This document shows, one piece after another, positions 57,401 to 64,000 of a DNA stretch of 64,000 bases (positions are counted from its first letter, which is position 1; each line of letters starts with the position of its first letter). The notes below the pieces were generated by a model, which did no database searches, was not told the DNA's origin, and worked only from the letters and a program-made list of their open reading frames with translations. The position numbers and the translations under genes were made by a program. The stretch covers positions 3,006,145-3,070,144 of the forward strand of contig CP091727.1 in assembly GCA_022009855.1 (NCBI GenBank), read 5' to 3'. Source of the stretch: Lentisphaeria bacterium. GTDB taxonomy: Bacteria > Verrucomicrobiota > Lentisphaeria > Victivallales > Victivallaceae.

Positions 57401-57611
57401 GCTGCTTGTGCGGCGAGGATGGGCGGAGGTGTCGTTCCTGCATCGGGATGCGGGGGAGATGGAGGTGTTCGCCCTGCATGCCGACGGTTCGGTGGCGCGG
57501 CAGCTTCCCCGGCGCGTGGAAAATGGGCGGCTGTTTTTCACCGTTGATACGGCGCTGGACGACAAAGGTGTGCTTGCCTATCGGATTTCCCGTCGGGAAT
57601 CGAATCGATGA
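54437..57611 (+). CDS. Large secreted GH5-like glycoside hydrolase with accessory modules (frameshifted)
   Basis: Signal peptide; LDAPAGKYG, RFFGVN, GYNVVRFHH, HENPYTG, LVNE, HLYFDHP, VSEFN. Confidence 0.75.
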
Positions 57612-57698
57612 AATCCGCGGTCCATGTCGGAATCAGGTTGATTTTTCCTGGAAAAGCTCTATATTAATTTGATAAAAGAGGCAAAAATTTGATATAAA

Positions 57699-58685
57699 GT
57701 GCCGATTCCGGCTGGAGAATTGCCGGAGAACCTTCAACTCCATTGCCGGGAGTTTCTTCGGAACACGGGGCCCGGTCCGGAGTCAAAAACGGCTGGAAAC
57801 TATCTGTCGCAGAAATCGAAGATGCAGTTGTCTTCTCTCAAAAGTCTGGCGTTCATTCCCAACAACGAACTTCCACCTCTGCCGTTTTATGTGATCGACG
57901 TGGGCTTCAAGGAGCTGCAGGCCGGTGAACGGGATGCCGGAAACGGCGCGTTCAAGGATTTCATCGAGCTGATCTGGTGCGTGGAGGGGTGCGGAGAGAT
58001 CCGGCTGTTCGAGCACTCCTTCCCCATTGCGCCCAACGATGTCTTCTACTATCTGCCGGGGGAGGATCACGAGCTCAGGGCGATCAGCGCCGGCTGGTCG
58101 ATGTACTGGATCTGCTTTCGCGGGACGCTGGCTGAAAGTGTGTTTCTCTCCTATCGCTACGCACGTTGTCAGCACGCTTCTGAGGAGTGCCCGGTTGCTC
58201 TTTTTACCGATATTTCGAACTGCATTTCGTCGCCGGAACCGGTGCAGCAGGGGCTTGCCTGCGGGTATCTCATGCAGATTCTGGCAAAGATGAACTCCTG
58301 GAAAACCCGTCAGCGTCATCCGGATCGGAAGATCGACCGGATTCTCGGTTTTGTCGCGCACAACCTCTCCAATCCGGCGCTCGACATCGAGCTGGTGGCG
58401 GATACGATGGAAATTCCCAAATCAACGTTGCAGAAGATATTTGAAAGCAAAGTCTCCTGCTCTCTCGGCACCTACATCCGGAATGAACGGTTTCAGAAAG
58501 CGTTGGTCCTGCTGAAAAACACGGATCTGCCCGTCAGCAGGATCGCCGCCGAGGTCGGTTACCGGGAACTTGCCTCCTTTTCCCGCCTGATCCGGCGCGG
58601 CACCGGGATGTCGCCTCTGCAGTTCCGTTCCGCCAGAGGATTGAACGCCACCCCTCCCGGAACGCGGCGAAACCGGGCGGAGTGA
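57699..58685 (+). CDS. AraC family regulator (start may be 57822)
   Basis: Cupin-like N-terminus; IAAEVGYRELASFSRLIRRGTGMSP. Confidence 0.9.
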   Translation: MPIPAGELPENLQLHCREFLRNTGPGPESKTAGNYLSQKSKMQLSSLKSLAFIPNNELPPLPFYVIDVGFKELQAGERDAGNGAFKDFIELIWCVEGCGEIRLFEHSFPIAPNDVFYYLPGEDHELRAISAGWSMYWICFRGTLAESVFLSYRYARCQHASEECPVALFTDISNCISSPEPVQQGLACGYLMQILAKMNSWKTRQRHPDRKIDRILGFVAHNLSNPALDIELVADTMEIPKSTLQKIFESKVSCSLGTYIRNERFQKALVLLKNTDLPVSRIAAEVGYRELASFSRLIRRGTGMSPLQFRSARGLNATPPGTRRNRAE

Positions 58686-58708
58686 TTTTTGCCCCGGCGG
58701 CGGGGCGC

Positions 58709-60765
58709 TCAGGCGCCCGGCAGTTCGCGGGTCAGCACCTCCAGCGGCGGAATGGTGTACGTTCTGCCTCCGATCCGGCACTGCTGCGGCTCGGTGAGGA
58801 AGTTGACGAAACACTGCAGAATCCGCCCGTCTGCGGCGCGCCAGCCTGACGAGGCGATCGACGGGAAGTTCTCCTGCCGGTTCCGGTAGTGAAGCGTGTA
58901 ACTGCCGCACTCGACCGGGCAGGGGAACTCGATCAACTCCCCGTGAAGCAGAAATTCCCGGTGACGCCGGCGGGCCGCGTTCAGGTTGCGGATCAGCACC
59001 GGGAGCGGCTCCTGCGGCGGCGCAGGATGGTTCCAGTCCGAAGCGGCTCCCCAGTCGATCTCGCCGCTGTCGCGCAGCATGACGCTGAGCATCTCGCCGG
59101 AACAGAAGGCGCGGGCCAGCCGGAACTGCAGATTGTCCGGCGATTTGACGCAGTCGATCTTCTGTTCCGCGCCGCACTGGTTGCCGAAGAAGTTGTTCGC
59201 ATAACGGTGGAACACGTACTGGAAACCCGGCACCGGCTGCCCGTAGTTGATGCCGAAGACGTCCCGCAAATCGTTGAAGGGGAGGGCGGCGACGTAGGGC
59301 CCCGCCGCGGCGCATTCGGCGCCGAGAAGCATCCGGCTCCCCGCGGCGTGGATCGTGTTGTTGAGCTCATCGAGAAACTCCCGCATGGCTTCGGTCTGCC
59401 ACGCTCCCGGCACCGGCGGATGGTGATGATCCTTCCGATAACAGAGGAAGGAGGCGCCGCCGAGATTCTGATCGAGAATCTGGAAGTAATCGACCCCCTC
59501 CTGCGCCAGAATCCGCACCTGTTCTTTGAAAATCTCCCGGCTTTTCCTCTCTGCGATGCAGAAGGTCTCGCTCTCCCGGATCATGTCGCAGATCGTGGCA
59601 CGGCTCTCCCCTTTCGGACCGCGCGCCATGCAGGATTCCAGCTGTCGCGTCTCGTACTCCGCGCGCCCCGAATAATCGTTGATGCGGCTCTGCATCGTGA
59701 AGGAGGTGCCGGAACCGTAGACGCCGAGGAGATGCCCCGCCCCGTGCAGGAGGTCGCGCAGTTTCCGGAAGGATTCCGCCCCGCCGACCGGCGGCCAGTA
59801 GAAAGGCGGGTGCCAGGGGCCGTGCTGCTCCCAGCGCATCAGCAGCGCCATCACTTTGCTGGCGAACGCCTCGGCCAGCTCCTGCAGCCGGGGGAAGGCG
59901 TTTTCATACGGGAGAAACCGGTTGGGTTCCGGCGTGATGGTGCCGGTCCCCGGACTGGATAGATCACTGTGACCGGAGACTCCTCCAGCCACTCCGGCAG
60001 GGGGAAGCGCCGGTTCATCGCCGGGTCGCGTTTCACCACGTTCTGCCGGTAGAAATCGCAGGCGGCCTGCCAGCCGGGCGGAACGGGCTGCAGAAGGAGA
60101 TCGAAGGGCAGTTCACAGCAGCCGGAGCGGAGGAGTCCGCCGCACATTGTCTCGATCCTCAGCCCGAGGCGATCGTCGGCTTCGGGGGCGAACTCCAGCG
60201 CCTTGGTGGTGTGGCGGGGATCATCCGCGACGAAGCAGACGCCGCCTTCGTTCCGCCAGGCGGCGAGAAACTGCATCTGACAGAGCCCGGGATAGTAGCC
60301 GATGCCGAGGTTGTCGGGGGAATTCGATGTGCTGTACTTTGCGGTTGCGTTTCTCCCGTTCGCTGACGATCACCCCTTCGCTGAAGGGATAGAAGAGTTC
60401 GTGATTGAGCGGGATTGCGATATGAGGCGCTTCGATGAAATCGGGCAGAAGGTCGGCCGGAATTCCGGAGAGCGCCGGGCGGAACCGGAAGGAGCCGTCC
60501 TCGCCGTTGCGGATTTTGAGAGTGAACAGCAGTCCCGGCACGGGCGGCACTCCGACCAGCGCGCCTCGCCCGCCTCGAAGCGGAACGAGGAAAAGCAGGT
60601 GTCATCAAGTTCGAGGTAGTCCCCGTTTTGCCGCAGAAAGCGGAGCGAAAAGGCCCGTTCTGCCGGAGCGAGCAGCGAAAGATTGCGGTGTTCCAGCGCG
60701 AGAACGGCGCCGTTTTTTCCCGGAGAGGACCAGCCGGCTCTCTCCGTTGTTCCAATGGATCTCAT
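58709..60765 (-). CDS. Putative glycoside hydrolase (DUF6259-like TIM barrel; frameshifted)
   Basis: WEQHGPWHPP, GVDYFQILDQNLGG, HHHPP, GAEC; family assignment from memory of the motif pattern. Confidence 0.6.
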
Positions 60766-60797
60766 TCATAAGAAACCACTTTGCTGTTGATGTTTTT

Positions 60798-62972
60798 TCA
60801 TTTTCGCCTCCTCGGCTGAGTCGACGAAGGCGAAGGGGTTCCTCCGCCCGGAAGCTGGAAGGTGTTGTCTTCGAAACGGATGTCGGCGATTCTGCTCAGC
60901 GAGACGGCGGGGCCGTGTGGCGCGTTGCGGCGGATGCGGTTGCCGATGATCTGCACGTCGGCGCAGTTCCATAGGGTGAGCGCCGGTTTCCCGGAAGTTT
61001 CCATCTCGTTGCCTTCGAGGCGGAGGTGGTGGATCGAGCTCGCCTCCATGTTCCCCTCCGCATACGGGGGGATGCAGCGGACATAGATTGCGCTCCCGCC
61101 GGTGTTGCGGAACCGGCAGTTCCGGACCACGCTGTTTCGGGCGCTGAAGTAGAGTTCCCAGGGGCAGAGTGCGGTGATCGACACGCCGGGACCGGTGATC
61201 GTGTCGAAGGTGGAATCCTCCACCCGCACACCGGGCGCCGTCAACTGTACACCGAGCCCCCGGACGTTGCGGTAGGTGCAGTTGACGATCGCGGAACCGC
61301 TGAAACAGCCGCCGAGCGGCTGGACGCGGTCCGGTCGGAGGACCTTCTTCTGCAGATACATGGTTTTCTGTTCGCGTTTCTGGTCCTCGGTGAGCGTCGG
61401 CTGGCGGAGCGTCTCTCTTGTGGCGATGCCGGGCGGGAGCGGCGTGGCGTATTCCGGGTGGCCGTTGCGGCGGACAATCCGCCGGACCGCCTTCACTTTG
61501 CCGGTGTTTCCGTCGAGAATCAGTACGCCGGAGGTGTTGCTCATGGTCCGCTCCGGCAGAGTGCGCAGGCCGTCCGGGGTGACGGCGGTGAGTGCGACGG
61601 TTGAGGCGGCGAGATTGATTCCGTCATCCTCCATCGATGAGAAGGTGCAGTGCTCCAGGTACGGACCGACCTTGCCGATGGCGGCGAACATCAACCCGTC
61701 GCCGTCGGTGGAGATGAGGCGCGCGGTTCCCGGCTCCGGTTCGACGCGGCAGTTTTGCAGGATCGGCGCGTAGCTCAGCAGATGCCAGGTCCAGGAGGGA
61801 GAGCTGTGAACGGTGATCGCGTCGAAATGGTCGAACTTCGACAAGATTGAACTGATCGCATTGGCGCACCGGGAGTCGTACCGGCCGGTGATGACCACCG
61901 GATTGCCGGGAGCGAGGCTGGTGCGCGCAGTTCCCGCGTGAAAACTGCCGAGTTCGACGCGGAACTTCCGCCCGCCGAGCGGTTCGACTTTGCCGAGCGG
62001 GAAGGTGCCGGGCAGATAGGTCCGCGTCTCAGGCGACAGCGGCGTGAGGCGGCGGGAGGGGGCCTCGAGCAGGTTCGGGGCAAGCGGCGAGGGGAAGCCT
62101 TCGTCGATCTCCACCTCGAGCCGGGTCCGCTCCGCATTGGCGGCAACGATGCGCCCCTGCGTGAAGGGGGGCGTTTCGTAATCCAGCGTCAGGTTGCGGA
62201 GCGTCGTATGGTATCCCCCGAGAATCCGGATGCCGCAGAGGGCGGGATTCGTGAAGAGTAGCCGGGTCTGCCCCGCTTCACCCTCCAGCGTCAGGTGTTC
62301 GGGCGAGAGCAGCCGCAGGTGGGCCTGATTCAGTGTGTCGGCGTTCCAGGAGGAGAACCCGCCGGAGATGCGGTTCCGCCAGGCGCGGCGTTCCGGCGGG
62401 CGGCTCTCCGGTTCAATCCGGTAGGTCCCGGCGGGGAAGAGGAGCCGCACCGGGGATTTTGCGGCGGCGGCGGCTTCCAGCGCCCGGCGGATGGCCGGTC
62501 CGTCGTCGGTTCTGCCGTCGCCTCGGGCGCCGAACTCCCGGACGGAGAAACTTCGAATCTTCGGTGCATGTTTCATCTCCTGAAGCAATTTCTCCTCTTC
62601 CGCGAAATATCCGGAAAGCATCTCCAGCTCCTCGTGAGCGCTCCAGGCGAAAAGCAGCGACTCCGCGGTTCCGGATTTGAGCCGCTCTGCGATGTATGCG
62701 GCCAGAGAATCGAGGATTTCCATTCGCTTTGCGACGGCGGTAAAACGGGGGGAGCCGGCGGCTTTCAGAAGAGAGAGAGCAGACGGAGCCGTTCCGGCTT
62801 TTCCGCCAGTGCCGCTTTCCAGACAGCTTCGGTCTCCTGCCGGAATTCCGCTTGCGGGAACGAGGCCAGACACTCCGGCGTGAAGTAGCCGGTCGAAGAA
62901 AAAGGACGGTTTGTCCGCCGCGCACAGCGCCAGCGGAATTGCCGCCAGCAGGGAAAGTTTAAATCGCATCAA
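60798..62972 (-). CDS. Secreted right-handed beta-helix CAZyme (GH110/pectin-lyase-like)
   Basis: [38 protein letters not shown]. Confidence 0.8.
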   Translation of the reverse strand: MMRFKLSLLAAIPLALCAADKPSFFFDRLLHAGVSGLVPASGIPAGDRSCLESGTGGKAGTAPSALSLLKAAGSPRFTAVAKRMEILDSLAAYIAERLKSGTAESLLFAWSAHEELEMLSGYFAEEEKLLQEMKHAPKIRSFSVREFGARGDGRTDDGPAIRRALEAAAAAKSPVRLLFPAGTYRIEPESRPPERRAWRNRISGGFSSWNADTLNQAHLRLLSPEHLTLEGEAGQTRLLFTNPALCGIRILGGYHTTLRNLTLDYETPPFTQGRIVAANAERTRLEVEIDEGFPSPLAPNLLEAPSRRLTPLSPETRTYLPGTFPLGKVEPLGGRKFRVELGSFHAGTARTSLAPGNPVVITGRYDSRCANAISSILSKFDHFDAITVHSSPSWTWHLLSYAPILQNCRVEPEPGTARLISTDGDGLMFAAIGKVGPYLEHCTFSSMEDDGINLAASTVALTAVTPDGLRTLPERTMSNTSGVLILDGNTGKVKAVRRIVRRNGHPEYATPLPPGIATRETLRQPTLTEDQKREQKTMYLQKKVLRPDRVQPLGGCFSGSAIVNCTYRNVRGLGVQLTAPGVRVEDSTFDTITGPGVSITALCPWELYFSARNSVVRNCRFRNTGGSAIYVRCIPPYAEGNMEASSIHHLRLEGNEMETSGKPALTLWNCADVQIIGNRIRRNAPHGPAVSLSRIADIRFEDNTFQLPGGGTPSPSSTQPRRRK

Positions 62973-63708
62973 TCAGAACTCCTTTGATGAAAACCTTGTT
63001 GCGATAGGAATAGACGTTTTTCAGTTCCTTTCTCCCGGCGGGGTGGACACTGCCGTCCGCATGCAGTGTATTCAGCCGCCCGAGGTGGAGCAGATTCGGG
63101 GAGTAGTTGGTGGAGTTCCGGGGACCGGCGGTGGACTGAGCTCCTTCGGTGTCATCGTTTTTTCTGCTCTCCGTCATCAGGTAGATGCGAAAGTTGGGCG
63201 AGCGCCCGTTGACGCCGGCCAGACGGCGTTCCTGCTGCGGAACCTTCGGCAGAGAAAAGATGAAGTAGGCGGAGGAATCGGAAAGATCGACTCCCTCCTG
63301 CACGCGGATGGAATCCAGATCCTCATAGGAGATGTTGACTCCGTATGCTTCGGTGAAGTCGCCTTCTCCGGCCGCCGCGGAGGGACAGCGGAGCGGGGAT
63401 TTCTTCAGACGCTGCCGCGCCTCGTCCTGATTCCCCAGATACTGCGTGTAGAGGTGGGTGTACCAGATGTCGGTTCCGTAGAACCAGCGGTAGAAGATGT
63501 AGTCCCGGTTGTCCCCCGCGTACATGGCGAACCAGAGACCGTTCTGCTTGAGGTTGGCGGAGCAGGTGATGGTTTTCGCCTTTTCCCGCGCCTGTGTGAG
63601 CGCCGGCAACAGCATGGAGGCCAGGATGGCAATGATTGCAATAACGATCAAAAGTTCGATAAGAGTAAAATCATTTCGAAATTTCTTTTCCCACGGCTTC
63701 TTCTGCAT
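62959..63708 (-). CDS. Prepilin-type / H-X9-DG protein #4
   Basis: [20 protein letters not shown]...[27 protein letters not shown]. Confidence 0.92.
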   Translation of the reverse strand: MQKKPWEKKFRNDFTLIELLIVIAIIAILASMLLPALTQAREKAKTITCSANLKQNGLWFAMYAGDNRDYIFYRWFYGTDIWYTHLYTQYLGNQDEARQRLKKSPLRCPSAAAGEGDFTEAYGVNISYEDLDSIRVQEGVDLSDSSAYFIFSLPKVPQQERRLAGVNGRSPNFRIYLMTESRKNDDTEGAQSTAGPRNSTNYSPNLLHLGRLNTLHADGSVHPAGRKELKNVYSYRNKVFIKGVLIDAI

Positions 63709-63763
63709 TTTCCTTCCTCCTTTGTGGATTTTGTCGGCGAAAATACAATATTATTTTATATTA

Positions 63764-63791
63764 ATTATATTCATTTCCTGCCGTTTGTCAA
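63764..63791 (-). promoter_or_regulatory. Sigma-70 promoter for the pilin #4 operon
   Basis: TTGACA-16-TATAAT on the - strand. Confidence 0.6.
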
Positions 63792-63864
63792 GTGGAAAAG
63801 GAAATTTTTCTGAAAAATTTTGGGGAAACAAAGAGAAGAAAGCGTGATACCTCCTGGCGTGAAT

Positions 63865-64000
63865 TCAGGGGCGGGAGGCGAACTGCGGCAGTTTCGCCGC
63901 TTCCAGGAAGAGCAGCAGCGTCGGCGTGTAGTTCACTCCGTCACCGACTGGAGCGCCGGTGAAGGGATCGAGCTCCTGCTGGAAGGTCGATTCCGGATGT
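63865..64000 (-). CDS. C-terminus of a gene entering from the right (possibly a GH63/MGH1-like hydrolase)
   Basis: HPESTFQQELDPFTGAPVGDGVNYTPTLLLFLEAAK...stop. Confidence 0.5.
   Translation of the reverse strand, partial: HPESTFQQELDPFTGAPVGDGVNYTPTLLLFLEAAKLPQFASRP

Overview
GC-rich bacterial chromosome window, most likely Lentisphaerota (Victivallis-like). This is inferred from repeated prepilin/H-X9-DG genes heading CAZyme loci and from mcsAB in a diderm context. Single-base indels at homopolymers split most genes, including mraY, pgsA, purL and rimO. I treat these as long-read assembly errors and report merged gene models. (1) Bases 1-6265 are the right part of an AT-rich integrative element ending at a tRNA-Pro(GGG) 3' duplicate (attR). 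It encodes a tyrosine integrase with a C-terminal HTH extension, two excisionase-like HTH proteins, and a ~462-aa minimal family-A/T7-RNAP-fold polymerase with an AT-rich origin-like insert. It also carries several long imperfect hairpins that fold better on the minus strand. This is the best candidate for an undescribed system. (2) Four loci consist of a pilin-like gene, one or more secreted CAZymes and a nearby regulator, with no visible transporter. (3) IS elements are an IS256 remnant, IS630, an IS5/IS1182-like element with IRs and a 5-bp TSD, and an IS110 inserted in a pilin gene whose bridge RNA guides can be read against its own target and donor sites. (4) Housekeeping and metabolic genes are tRNA-Ser, pgsA, rimO, an IMPase, a sialate O-acetylesterase, an oxidoreductase operon, GH13, dus, a sigma-70 factor, purL, an RND pump, mraY and mcsAB.
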